A stretch of DNA of 64,000 nt from Candidatus Bathyarchaeota archaeon (GTDB lineage Archaea > Thermoproteota > Bathyarchaeia > Bathyarchaeales > Bathycorpusculaceae): contig CAVTBV010000010.1 of assembly GCA_963733095.1 (NCBI GenBank), forward strand, positions 1 to 64,000, read 5' to 3'. Made by a program: the position numbers and the translations under genes. The first letter of the stretch is position 1, and each line of letters begins with the position of its first letter. Shown here piece by piece: positions 50,536-60,026 of the stretch. The notes under the pieces are model-generated. The model did no database searches and had not been told where the DNA came from. It saw nothing but the letters and a program-made list of their open reading frames with translations.

Positions 50536-51237
50536 ATGGCAACTGTTGATATAACTAAAAAATACTCGAATTTCTTTGCCCCAAGAACACAAATCTATGT
50601 AAACCAAGAAGACATACAAGAGAAATACGGGATAACAGCGTCTTTTGTAACCGTTGAAGAAGAGGCGGGTTCTAAAAGCAAATTTTCATTTTTCATAAAT
50701 GACCCACAATGTGCGTGGATAAAAACTGGTTTGTTTGAACTAAAAAAGACGGTTCAAGTAAGAATGGGTTATGGAAACACACTCGAAACAGTTGCAACAG
50801 GAGAAATTACTTCTGTCAAATCGATTTTTCCAGCGAACGGTTCTCCGCAAATTGAAATTGCGGGTGAAGCAAACGACACCATTGACAGCCCATTACCCGC
50901 AAGCAATTCACCTATGTACCCACTCTCTTACGGCGGGACATTGTACAGTTTTACTGCCCTAACTACAGCAACAGAACAAAACGGCACTGGAAAAATCTCA
51001 GCCACACAAGCGTCTACAGGCAAAATACAATGTACCGCTGAATGTATCGGATTGCCAGACATTAAAGTTGGAGGAATCGTTGCTTTAACTGGGCTAGCTA
51101 CCAAGTTCAACCAGACCTACATCGTTGAAAAAGCACGTCATTCAATTGATAACTCGCTGGGGTTTAGAACCAAGTTTGAGGCGCGCTTGCAGCTGGAAAA
51201 AGTGTTGTTTCAACCGAAAATCGGAAGAGTTTTTTAA
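50536..51237 (+). CDS. Phage late control D (GpD)/eCIS hub-like protein, shortened
   Basis: FFAP..I.VN, V.V.MGY.....V.TGEI......FP..G.P.I.I.G, L.YG..L.SF, GLPDIKVG..V.L.GL..KF...Y.V....H......GF.T.F pattern of GpD-type proteins. Confidence 0.65.
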   Translation: MATVDITKKYSNFFAPRTQIYVNQEDIQEKYGITASFVTVEEEAGSKSKFSFFINDPQCAWIKTGLFELKKTVQVRMGYGNTLETVATGEITSVKSIFPANGSPQIEIAGEANDTIDSPLPASNSPMYPLSYGGTLYSFTALTTATEQNGTGKISATQASTGKIQCTAECIGLPDIKVGGIVALTGLATKFNQTYIVEKARHSIDNSLGFRTKFEARLQLEKVLFQPKIGRVF

Positions 51238-51651
51238 CTTTAACGTTCAGTATTTGGTGAGCAAAAATGGGAAGATGCACCGCTACAAGAGGAGAACGCA
51301 GGATTGGTAGAACCATCTACAAACTTGGAAACAGCGTTGAGTTAAGCAACAAAGAATGCAAAGCAAAGTTGTCGGAGCAGAAGTACAAGCAAAAAACACA
51401 GGCATCTAAGAGCATTGCGGATGACTCGCCAATCCAGAACTTACGTGATGCTTCAAAATGGAAAAAAGAATAGGCAAAACTTAATGCGGCATATTTGGAA
51501 TCCTATTAGAAATCATAGCAGAAAACTACAGAGGGTAGGTCGCGATTGGCATTTTGCGACCAAACATGATGAGGGCGTGCGTTGTGGTTGTTTGAAGGTA
51601 ACCACACAGGCTTAATTGCTTAATCGCTCAGATTAGTATTGGTGAATATTT

Positions 51652-51960
51652 TTGTTGACTGAAAACACGTTTGACCCCTTAGAGGTTGCAGGCAACGTTT
51701 ACAAGTTAAAAATGGAGAACGACCGAGTTCGAGTGTTTGATGTTACCTTCAATATCGGTGAAAAAGCCGCAAGCCACAATCATCCTGACCACGTTGTTTA
51801 CGTTCTTGAGGGTGGAAAAATGAAGCTGACTTCTGAGGGTAAAACCGAGGTTTTAGATCTCATAGATGGCGACGTAATCTTTCTAAAGGCGCAGTCCCAT
51901 GAAGCAGAAAACATTGGGCAATCAACCATCGAACTGTTGGTAGTTGAGCTAAAAAAATAG
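51652..51960 (+). CDS. Cupin-domain protein
   Basis: ENDRVRV, H.HP, H.AEN.G, VELK. Confidence 0.85.
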   Translation: MLTENTFDPLEVAGNVYKLKMENDRVRVFDVTFNIGEKAASHNHPDHVVYVLEGGKMKLTSEGKTEVLDLIDGDVIFLKAQSHEAENIGQSTIELLVVELKK

Positions 51961-52003
51961 CATAAAATAGCCAGTAAACTAATTATTTTTTTAGGGATTT
52001 TAT

Positions 52004-52363
52004 TTGGCAGCACCATTGAATCAGGAAAACGATTGGAACTATCGAAAAATAGACCAACGATTAATTGTGATTAAGACAAAAAACGTGAACATCCGCAAGA
52101 CGGCAGTTCTCGATGTTTTAACTAACTTATCATTCGGCGTGGAGGTGCCCGAAGACATTTCCATGGATGAGTTGCAGCCTGAAAAAGAATATTTAGCGCA
52201 TCTAAAAGTTTACACATCAAAGAGCCTTGCAGGAGTCGATAAAGATTTCGCTAATTTCTTCGACTCCATAGACGTGGACCAAGCTACGGAAGATTTCATT
52301 AAGGCTTACTGGGTATACCCAAGCAAAATACGCTTCGAACTATCCGACCTCGAAGAGCCCTAA
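52004..52363 (+). CDS. Hypothetical protein
   Basis: Open frame with normal composition; may start at GTG 52067. Confidence 0.55.
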   Translation: MAAPLNQENDWNYRKIDQRLIVIKTKNVNIRKTAVLDVLTNLSFGVEVPEDISMDELQPEKEYLAHLKVYTSKSLAGVDKDFANFFDSIDVDQATEDFIKAYWVYPSKIRFELSDLEEP

Positions 52364-52893
52364 GCAACGTTTGGAGGATTAGCTGTAAACGTTACAGTTC
52401 CAGTAATGCCAGCCAATGCTCCGGCAGATAACTCATAAACCATTACATATTGGTCTGGAATCGCAGGCACATGTTTAACTCCAAAGAGTACAGATGACAT
52501 AAAACCGAATCTGCCATAAAATTCGGGGTCTCCGACCACAAAGACATTTGTATACCCCAAACTTTTTGCTAACTCAAAACTTGCCCTAACTAATTCAGAT
52601 CCAATTCCTCGTTTACGATGATCTAATGCGACAGAAAGAGGCGCCAACAAAAGAGATTCAACTTTTAAGTTATTATCCGTTGTAATGTAGGTTTTAGTCA
52701 GCATAATATGGCCGATAATTTTTGAGTCTTCCTCCGTTACCAATGCAAGTTCAGGAAGATAGTTAACGGTGGCACGAAGTTTGCCTACATATTCTTGCTC
52801 ATTTCCATCAGCCACTTTGGCCGTTTGAAAAGCAACTTTAACCAAATTATAGATGCTTTGAAAATCGGAGAGCTTTTCTTGTCTAATAATCAA
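52360..52893 (-). CDS. GNAT N-acetyltransferase (YhbS-like)
   Basis: IRQE, IIGHI, LAPLSV...RKRGIG, VGDP.FY.RFGF. Confidence 0.9.
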   Translation of the reverse strand: MIIRQEKLSDFQSIYNLVKVAFQTAKVADGNEQEYVGKLRATVNYLPELALVTEEDSKIIGHIMLTKTYITTDNNLKVESLLLAPLSVALDHRKRGIGSELVRASFELAKSLGYTNVFVVGDPEFYGRFGFMSSVLFGVKHVPAIPDQYVMVYELSAGALAGITGTVTFTANPPNVA

Positions 52894-52931
52894 ATCTTAA
52901 ACCTCGCAAAAGAAAAAAAGAAATGGCTGAT

Positions 52932-53837
52932 TTATCTCAGCACCATGTTGACGAATTTTTCTGGGTTAAACAGCTCTAGGTCCTTGTAGGTTTGTCCGAC
53001 ACCGATGAACAGGATTGGTTTTTGCGTCACGAAGGTTACGCTTAGGGCTGAGCCACCTTTTACGTCGGCATCCACTTTGGTGAGTATTGTTGCGTCGACA
53101 CCGATGGCTTTGTTGAATTCTTCCGCCTGCATAACCGCGTCGTTTCCAATTAGTGAATCCACCACAAAAACCGTCAAGTCAGGACGCACCACCCGTTTAA
53201 CCTTGACGAGTTCATTCATCAGGTTCTGGTTAGTCTGCATTCTACCCGCCGTATCGATTAAAACTATGTTGGTTCCGTGTGCTTTTGCGTGGCTCACAGC
53301 GTCGAAAGCGACTGCTGCAGGGTCACCGCCATAAATGCTTCTAACCACACGCATACCTAACCGTTTACCATGTTCCTCTAACTGTTCAATGGAGCCAGCA
53401 CGGTAAGTGTCTGCGGCAGCGAGCAAAACCGAGTAGCTCTTGTCCCGCAGAAACTGCGCCACTTTGGCAATGGTTGTGGTTTTTCCTGTACCGTTAATGC
53501 CTACAAACATTAGAACGAATGGCTCTTTCTTTTTGCGTTTCTCATCTGCCAACTTTAGCAAATCGATTCTAGCATTCGTTAACATGACATCCAAAAGAAC
53601 CTGCCGAAGGTTATCTTCAACAATTTTTTTTCGGTCATCGAGACGTTTAACTTGAACACCTGCCAAACGCTTTTCCAATTCATCACAGATTTTATCCGCC
53701 ACAGGAAAAGCAACATCGTTCTCGGCAAGACTCATCTTAAAATCAGATAAAATAGGAGATAGATTTTCGGTTTTAAGCTCAGTTGTGGTTACCTTATTTA
53801 CTAAACCTTTGAACCCAGACTTGAGCTTGTCAAACAT
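52932..53837 (-). CDS. ftsY: Signal recognition particle receptor FtsY
   Basis: GINGTGKTT, DTYRAG, DTAGR, TKVD..KGG, GVGQ..DL. Confidence 0.95.
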   Translation of the reverse strand: MFDKLKSGFKGLVNKVTTTELKTENLSPILSDFKMSLAENDVAFPVADKICDELEKRLAGVQVKRLDDRKKIVEDNLRQVLLDVMLTNARIDLLKLADEKRKKKEPFVLMFVGINGTGKTTTIAKVAQFLRDKSYSVLLAAADTYRAGSIEQLEEHGKRLGMRVVRSIYGGDPAAVAFDAVSHAKAHGTNIVLIDTAGRMQTNQNLMNELVKVKRVVRPDLTVFVVDSLIGNDAVMQAEEFNKAIGVDATILTKVDADVKGGSALSVTFVTQKPILFIGVGQTYKDLELFNPEKFVNMVLR

Positions 53838-53841
53838 CTAG

Positions 53842-54282
53842 TTACTGATTCCCTTGTCGTGCGCTTGCAAGCAGGTTTTCAAGTCTGCTTCTGCCAGTGT
53901 TGATGCGTTCGGCTACTTGACTAAACTGCTGCTGTGCGGCGTGCATGGTTTTCTCGAGTTCGTCTAAGCGTTCTTTGAGGGTTGCCTTTGCTTCTGGAAG
54001 GGTTTTCTCGACTGACACACCTGAACCCATACCTATGATTACTTTGTTTGTGTCTGCAAGCTTAACTTTAACGTAAGAGCTTCCGCCGATTGGTATGAGC
54101 ATCTCAGAGTTTTCTTGTTCTTTTTCCATACCGTCTAAGGTCATGTTCGCATAGTTTATGTCTGTTAGTGCAGCGTTTACCATGCTGATGCGTTGCTGTA
54201 GAGCTTCAGCGGTTTGTTCTAGATAACGCATTTCCATGCTGAGTCTTCGAAGTTCCTCTTCAGCTTGAGCTCTTTGCGCCAA
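53842..54282 (-). CDS. pfdA: Prefoldin alpha subunit
   Basis: Coiled coil with LIPIGGSSYV..KVIIGMGSGVSVE hairpins; conserved context. Confidence 0.93.
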   Translation of the reverse strand: MAQRAQAEEELRRLSMEMRYLEQTAEALQQRISMVNAALTDINYANMTLDGMEKEQENSEMLIPIGGSSYVKVKLADTNKVIIGMGSGVSVEKTLPEAKATLKERLDELEKTMHAAQQQFSQVAERINTGRSRLENLLASARQGNQ

Positions 54283-54285
54283 GTA

Positions 54286-54513
54286 CTATGCCTCGCTTAC
54301 AATTTTTTTCAAGATTGGATTTTGGATTTCATCCACTGAAATTTCAGTTGAGCTTATGATTTTGATATGGTGCCTTTTTACGCGGTGTCTGCTGCCTATT
54401 TCAGCATAGACTTTTTCGACGGCGTGTTCGCTTTTGTCGGCTAAGAGTTCTTTAACGAACGGAGTGGATAGTCGTGGCTTGTTGATTTGGCCAGTTACTT
54501 TGAAAGCTTTCAT
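54286..54513 (-). CDS. rpl18a: 50S ribosomal protein L18Ae/LX (eL20)
   Basis: MKAFKVTG..F.KE..A....A.EKVY...GSRH.VKR..IKI; start at ATG 54513. Confidence 0.88.
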   Translation of the reverse strand: MKAFKVTGQINKPRLSTPFVKELLADKSEHAVEKVYAEIGSRHRVKRHHIKIISSTEISVDEIQNPILKKIVSEA

Positions 54514-54841
54514 TTTTCTTCGTCCTGCACAACATCCAGTGCGTTCCCAATTATAAACGTATTCACCCAAAAAAGCACTCTGTTTTGGTGTTATATAATT
54601 TTAGCAAACTATTCTTCTCTTTATGTGAAAAGTGAAAATATGAAAAACAATTAACTACTACTGCACCAGTTGACGGTTCGTAATTGCTTAATTTTTTTCC
54701 GTCATTATTTACAAACAGAAAAACGGTAGGTCTGGCTAAGAGCGTAACCTTAAAGAACAAAGCAATGGGGAGAATCTAAAATGGCACAGAAGCATTAAAT
54801 TAACCTTTAGAAAAATAAACTCTACAAGTTAGCGGTGGTTA

Positions 54842-56740
54842 ATGCCGAAAAAAGCTTTAAATAAAATACAAATTACAACGCTTTCTCTGGCTGTTCTCTT
54901 GATTCTCAGTTGTTTTGTTGGCCCCAACTTTGCAGGGTCACAAACAACTAATTTTTCAAGTCAATCAACTGGTTCTGCATCTATCATTGAGGCTTTAATA
55001 AACAGCGTTAATGCCCATGGCGGTTGGAACAGTAGCCTCCAAACGATTTATGATGGAATTACGTTAGGTCAAACTACGGTTACCCAGCTTCAAAATGCTG
55101 TAGACTCAATTAACATAACATCTACGTCGGCGGCTGAAACAGTGTTTTACTGGTATCTTCAGCTAAACAAACTCGGCGTTAGCATCAATGAGACAACAAT
55201 AGAGACTGCGTTAGATAAGGTAACGATGCTACCAGATGTCGGCGGATTACTCTTCGATTACTCTAACTCTGGAATAGCCTCTTTTCTGGTCTACAACCGC
55301 TACGATTTATATGCATACGAATGGGCTCACCAACTTGGCTTTGAAATAGCTAAGTGGAACTTGTCATTAGCATATTCAGTGTTTAACAATAGTGTGGCTG
55401 CTTATGGTAAACCGGTTCTTTGCGTTGGGTCTAACCAAGTTGGCTGGGGCATAGGGTATGGACCCAGATACTACGATGAGACCGCCGAGACGATTGATAT
55501 GTACCTGACCTTTTGGTTACTGGGCATAGATGATGGGTTGACGCAAGCCGAGTACTGGTGGAATTGGGAGAACGCCAATCTTTGGGTGAACTCGGACAAT
55601 TCAAGTGGAGGATACTACAAATATGCTATTAATTGGACCACCTTTGAATGTGAGGCGGGTGGATTTGACCAGATTGTTTGGAAACTCCATTATTTCGACC
55701 CATCAATAACCAACGTGACCAATTTGCTTACTGATGTGGAAACCAGAGCCCTCAGCCAAGGCTGGGATAGCCCACAATGGGCTGACTACGTTGTTGTGCA
55801 TGCAACAGAAAACTCGCAACAGCGGCTCGAGAACACTATAATGTCGTGGGGCGCCATGCTTGGACTCTACAGTAACATGAACAGCACGATGCAAAGTCAA
55901 GTACAGGCCTTTTTAGATGGCTCAGCGGGTTCAGCTCCAGCTTGGAATTTAACGTTACAGAGTAAATTGTATGATAATTCCACAGGAATGTTCAGGATAC
56001 ATTCTGATGGTTCAGATAGTACAGAAGCCACTGCGGACGGTGCTGTCTTGTTAATGATGCTATCCACTGTTCCTGTGACGGGTTCCTTAGCTGTGCCCCT
56101 AGGAGACTGCGTTTATCAAGATATTAACAACGTAATCGACGGCGATATCAGCCACATAAACTTGACAAATAAAACAGTAACAATAAGCGTTGCTGTACCA
56201 GGAACATTCCTCTCGATGTTTGGAACCAACATTTTCGAGTACACTTTAGACAGCCCAGGGGTTTGGCAGATAATATTTGATGGTGACTGGAACAGCATCA
56301 CTTCTAAAACTCTTATCTCTGAATTGCCTAGTTCAAGAATTTATCTTGGGATGGTAAATTCAACAGAACTTAACCCTACCCCGACGCCAACTTTGACAGC
56401 TTCTCCCACACCTACATCATCGCCTTCACCAACTCCAAGCCCAACACCAACATCTACTCCATCACCCACACCCACTCTTGATCCGATCATTAACCAAATA
56501 CCAAGAATCCCAACACCACCAATAAGTTATACAGAACCATCCCCAACGCCCAAACTTATCTCAACAACAACACCCACAAGCACAATAACAACCACCCCAA
56601 CGCAACCAACAACTCCAACCGCCACAAGCGCACCCACTCATAACCCCGTAGCTTTTCCTTCAACCACTATTGCATTAGCAACAATTTTAGTAGTTACAAT
56701 ATTAGCAGTATCGGCATACATTAAGAAACGCATTAAATAG
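54842..56740 (+). CDS. Secreted/cell-surface protein with a Pro/Thr linker and C-terminal membrane anchor
   Basis: Signal peptide, ~480-aa Trp/Tyr/Asn-rich domain, PT-rich linker, terminal TM followed by KKRIK. Confidence 0.85.
   Translation: MPKKALNKIQITTLSLAVLLILSCFVGPNFAGSQTTNFSSQSTGSASIIEALINSVNAHGGWNSSLQTIYDGITLGQTTVTQLQNAVDSINITSTSAAETVFYWYLQLNKLGVSINETTIETALDKVTMLPDVGGLLFDYSNSGIASFLVYNRYDLYAYEWAHQLGFEIAKWNLSLAYSVFNNSVAAYGKPVLCVGSNQVGWGIGYGPRYYDETAETIDMYLTFWLLGIDDGLTQAEYWWNWENANLWVNSDNSSGGYYKYAINWTTFECEAGGFDQIVWKLHYFDPSITNVTNLLTDVETRALSQGWDSPQWADYVVVHATENSQQRLENTIMSWGAMLGLYSNMNSTMQSQVQAFLDGSAGSAPAWNLTLQSKLYDNSTGMFRIHSDGSDSTEATADGAVLLMMLSTVPVTGSLAVPLGDCVYQDINNVIDGDISHINLTNKTVTISVAVPGTFLSMFGTNIFEYTLDSPGVWQIIFDGDWNSITSKTLISELPSSRIYLGMVNSTELNPTPTPTLTASPTPTSSPSPTPSPTPTSTPSPTPTLDPIINQIPRIPTPPISYTEPSPTPKLISTTTPTSTITTTPTQPTTPTATSAPTHNPVAFPSTTIALATILVVTILAVSAYIKKRIK
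56372..56645 (+). repeat. Low-complexity Pro/Thr/Ser linker-encoding repeat
   Basis: C/A-rich imperfect repeats encoding PTPTPT..SPSPTP..TTPT. Confidence 0.8.
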
Positions 56741-56812
56741 AAAACAAAGTTTGACGTGTGGGCAACAAGGAAAAAACACTTTAGTTTCTTGTTGTCCGCA
56801 GCGGCATCTAAC

Positions 56813-57481
56813 TTATTGAGTGCCTAAAGCATTCTCAATTATGAACATCTCAGGTCCAGTTGTCATAGAACCTGCAACGGCTGCATGACTATTCGCTAAC
56901 AGGCCTGTGCCAACATATGGAACTCCACAGTTTACGGTTCCTACGTCAACGGGGACTTTGAACATGTTTTCCAAGATTTTTCGCTCCTCATCCTTCAGCA
57001 ACGGGTGAGCAAGTACGCCTTTGTTTGTGGCTACAGCTAAAGAGCCAACGTAGGGCAACCCAGCGATTTCGGCAGGCACTACTTCTACGCCTAAGGCCGC
57101 TGAGATTTTTTTGATTTCGGTTTCTTTGAACCGTGGGTCAACAACTGCACCTTTGTCGTTTGTTAAAATTAGGTTGCCGTAAGCTGTTTTCTTGGAATCC
57201 ATAATGGTGATGTTGCCTTCGAAAACCAATCGTAGCGCTGCCAATTCTTCCTCCCGAATTGCATGCGAAACTAACATACCGTGGGAGTTTGCACACACTA
57301 ATGATCCAGCCAAAACTGAGCCCGAAATAGAGGTGTAGGCAAGCTTCACTTTTAGCCAATCTGCGAACTCTTGGGCTTTATCTAGGGGCACCATCCGAGG
57401 AATCAAGACTAAGTTCTCGGTTGCCAGCGAATACACGCCTATGCTTGCGCTTCCAACTATGCTTGATAAGTAAACGGTCAA
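56813..57481 (-). CDS. eif6: Translation initiation factor 6 (aIF-6)
   Basis: GN.IL.ND.GA, VGS..V.TNKG.L.HP, GTVN.G.PYVG.G..AN, TTGPE. Confidence 0.95.
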   Translation of the reverse strand: MTVYLSSIVGSASIGVYSLATENLVLIPRMVPLDKAQEFADWLKVKLAYTSISGSVLAGSLVCANSHGMLVSHAIREEELAALRLVFEGNITIMDSKKTAYGNLILTNDKGAVVDPRFKETEIKKISAALGVEVVPAEIAGLPYVGSLAVATNKGVLAHPLLKDEERKILENMFKVPVDVGTVNCGVPYVGTGLLANSHAAVAGSMTTGPEMFIIENALGTQ

Positions 57482-57718
57482 GAATTAAATCTCCTGATGA
57501 ATGTTGTGTTAGCGAAAGTTTCATGCGATACTCCTTTTTTTAGATTGCGGTTAATAAAGCATTAAAATGTTTTAGAAGGATCAGGGAAGAGCCTCTTGAA
57601 ATTCTTATGGGGAATCCCGTATTGACGGTTTTCTGAGACATTAATTTGTTGAGAATTAGTGCGTAAGCAGAGAATTCTCTTTGCATAGAATAAAACAAAA
57701 TAAAAGATAAAGAAACAG

Positions 57719-58198
57719 CTATTGTGTTTCTGCGAGGTAGACGGTTACGTTGCCGTCTTTGTCTTTGGTCACGCGGGTTTTGATCTTGCGTGGAGGCTTC
57801 TCGATTCCTCTGTCCCAAACCTTCTCGTTTACTTCTTTGCTGATGATCAGTTGAGGCAGTTCTTCTTCTTCCTCTTCTTCAGAAACCTTCATGGCAAGTT
57901 TCATGTGTTTGGTTACAAAGATTTTTATGAGTTGCATAGCGCGTGGGGCACGTTTCTTTGGTGGACGCACCAAAGCTCTTGATAGGGGGATGGTGTAGAA
58001 TCTTTCTTCGACGATTTCTTCTTCTTTCTTCTTTTTCTTGGGCTTTTCTTCTGCTACAGCCTCTTCTTCTGCTGGCACAGCTTCAGGTTGAGCCTGCTCT
58101 TTTGTAACGACTTCAGTGCCAGGTTCCTCTTCTGGTAGAGCTAACTCTTCTAATTCTTCTTCTTTTGGTACTTGCTTAACTTTAGTTTCATTCGCCAT
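57719..58198 (-). CDS. rpl31e: 50S ribosomal protein L31e with an acidic N-terminal extension
   Basis: ER.YTIPL, KRAPRA, KHMK, NE.VW.RGIEKPPRKI. Confidence 0.9.
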   Translation of the reverse strand: MANETKVKQVPKEEELEELALPEEEPGTEVVTKEQAQPEAVPAEEEAVAEEKPKKKKKEEEIVEERFYTIPLSRALVRPPKKRAPRAMQLIKIFVTKHMKLAMKVSEEEEEEELPQLIISKEVNEKVWDRGIEKPPRKIKTRVTKDKDGNVTVYLAETQ

Positions 58199-58213
58199 GG
58201 CTTCCTAATTCTC

Positions 58214-58372
58214 CTATGCTCTTATCTTTCTGGTTCTCCAGTTGCGTCTCTGCTTAGGGTTATTCCTAACTTTACCGTCAGTTCTGGCGATTACCCATGT
58301 TGGAACAGACTGTGATTCTTTGCCAGCTTTGGCTAATCTGAGTTTTTTTGCTGTTGGTTTAACTCTTGCCAT
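58214..58372 (-). CDS. rpl39e: 50S ribosomal protein L39e (not in ORF track)
   Basis: [52 protein letters not shown]. Confidence 0.93.
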   Translation of the reverse strand: MARVKPTAKKLRLAKAGKESQSVPTWVIARTDGKVRNNPKQRRNWRTRKIRA

Positions 58373-58375
58373 CTT

Positions 58376-58714
58376 CTATATCCTTCTGATTTTTGTCTCT
58401 CGCTTCCGTGATTGAAGCTGAACTAGGATTTGTTTGAGCTGTGCATCTGACAGTGGAATGGGCAACTTTCCTGTCTGCGCCATCTCAATCAGTTGCATCT
58501 CAATGTTCTCAGCAAATTCTTTTTTAACCATTTTCAGGTTATTTAGCCTTTGCCGAGCTTCAGGCGCTAATATCTTAGCCATTAACGCCTGTTTTTGATC
58601 TTCCATCTGTTGTTCTGCTTGAGCTTGTCTTTGCTCGTCGCTCATGCGACGGTTCTGCATCGACAAAAGTTTTCGTTTACGGATCTGGTCAAGCTCGTCA
58701 TCTGACATTGTCAC
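58376..58714 (-). CDS. PDCD5-like DNA-binding protein
   Basis: DDEL..IR....L, IL.PEARQRL, E.QLI, LK.IL; conserved position. Confidence 0.9.
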   Translation of the reverse strand: MTMSDDELDQIRKRKLLSMQNRRMSDEQRQAQAEQQMEDQKQALMAKILAPEARQRLNNLKMVKKEFAENIEMQLIEMAQTGKLPIPLSDAQLKQILVQLQSRKRETKIRRI

Positions 58715-59178
58715 TATTCGCCTTGATACTTCTTGAGCTCAGGGACAGTTTTAATTATTTCCTTTGACAGGTCTCCAGCTACTTCTTGGAGAAGCTTGCG
58801 TCCTTTTGGAGTCATGACTCTTCCTTTGGGCTTTGAAATCTGGATTAAACCTGCAGTTTCAAGCTGTTGGAGTGTCTTACGGATGCCGCTTCCACCTGCT
58901 TTTTTGACGCGGTCTGGTTTGCTGCCTCTGTTCTTTCTACCGCCGTATTCAGCGCGTAGTTTTTCGAGTCCGACTGGACCGTAAATGTATACTTTTCGGA
59001 GAATCGATGCGCTTCTGGTGTACCACCAGTCAGGGTTCTGTGGTGGCTTCTCAACCTGCATGCCTGTTTTAGCGAAGGCTGCCCATGGAAGAGGCTGAAC
59101 TTCGTCAACGTTTTCCCTAAGGTACTTTGCTAAACGATCGATAAATTTTGAAGCTGGAACGTCATGAGGAGTTGTCAA
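58714..59178 (-). CDS. rps19e: 30S ribosomal protein S19e
   Basis: PW..F.KTG...E.PP...DWWY.R.AS.LRK, YGG, IR..LQQLE; start TTG 59178. Confidence 0.95.
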   Translation of the reverse strand: MTTPHDVPASKFIDRLAKYLRENVDEVQPLPWAAFAKTGMQVEKPPQNPDWWYTRSASILRKVYIYGPVGLEKLRAEYGGRKNRGSKPDRVKKAGGSGIRKTLQQLETAGLIQISKPKGRVMTPKGRKLLQEVAGDLSKEIIKTVPELKKYQGE

Positions 59179-59343
59179 AGAGTCTCTATCCTTTGGTTTT
59201 TCCTTGCAGTTAAACAATGAAGCCTAATATAAATATTCTCTGAACAACTAGTGCTCGCAAAGACAATATTCCCGCGTATTTGCAGCCTTGAAGTCTGTAG
59301 AGAGCCAGCTTTTTTTCCATTGTAACGCTGACCGAAAGCAAAG

Positions 59344-59608
59344 TTAACAGAGGTTTGGACGCATATTAATTGTTTTTCTATGCTTCTCGACTGGAATGAC
59401 TTCAAAATATTTCTTCATCATATCCACCTTAGGCTTTGCCGTTTCTCTGCCTTCTCGTTTGAGCGCAAGTCTATAAATTTCATGGATTACTATGGCCGAG
59501 GTAAATCGTTTCCTGGACTTTTGCCCAAGTATCCTCTTATGCAAGGATTAATCCGTAGAGTAGAACAGGTCTGCAAAAAACCGCTTATCAATAAATTGCC
59601 TTATTCAT
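59344..59608 (-). pseudogene. VapC/PIN toxin pseudogene
   Basis: MNKAIY(fs)DKRFFADLFYSTD*..TSAIVIHEIY..FEVIPV: PIN start, with a frameshift, a stop and a truncated C-terminus. Confidence 0.7.
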
Positions 59609-59826
59609 CTTCATGCCTTAGTTGGGCTATCTCTTTTTTTACTTCTTCAGGAGTCCAAACTGCGAATATGCCCCAGCATATCCCATATCGATTTTATAGG
59701 CTTCAACAATATGCCCTCAGCTGTTACCTTGACCTCAAGCTGTGTTCCTTCTTCTATTTTGAGCTTCTTGCGAATTCCGACTTTATAGTAGTCTGACCTT
59801 TCTTTTACGATTATTTCATTTTCCAT
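59601..59826 (-). pseudogene. AbrB/MazE-type antitoxin, frameshifted near the C-terminus
   Basis: IRKKLKIEEGTQL.V.....GILLKP. Removing one G restores ..TPEEVKKEIAQLRHEDE*, which overlaps the toxin ATG. Confidence 0.7.
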
Positions 59827-60026
59827 CTTTATCTCAAGTACCACTATTTGGAAGAATTTTCATTTAAGCATGCCATCGATTCATTAAATCTTAGATCTGG
59901 AAGATGCATTATGAAAACAAAGTTCCACATATTCCAAACCTACGCAAAACAAAAAGTAAAACCAAAACAACTGCCAATTAATCTTTTTTTTCTTTGCGGG
60001 TGCGAAGGTTGCAGCGGCGTCTTTTT

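Noticed and set aside
51125-51615. Short overlapping ORFs after the GpD-like gene
   Set aside because: No recognisable motifs; cannot be distinguished from intergenic sequence.
56372-56645. CRISPR-like or tandem repeat array
   Set aside because: Imperfect coding repeats of a Pro/Thr linker; no constant repeat with unique spacers anywhere in the window.
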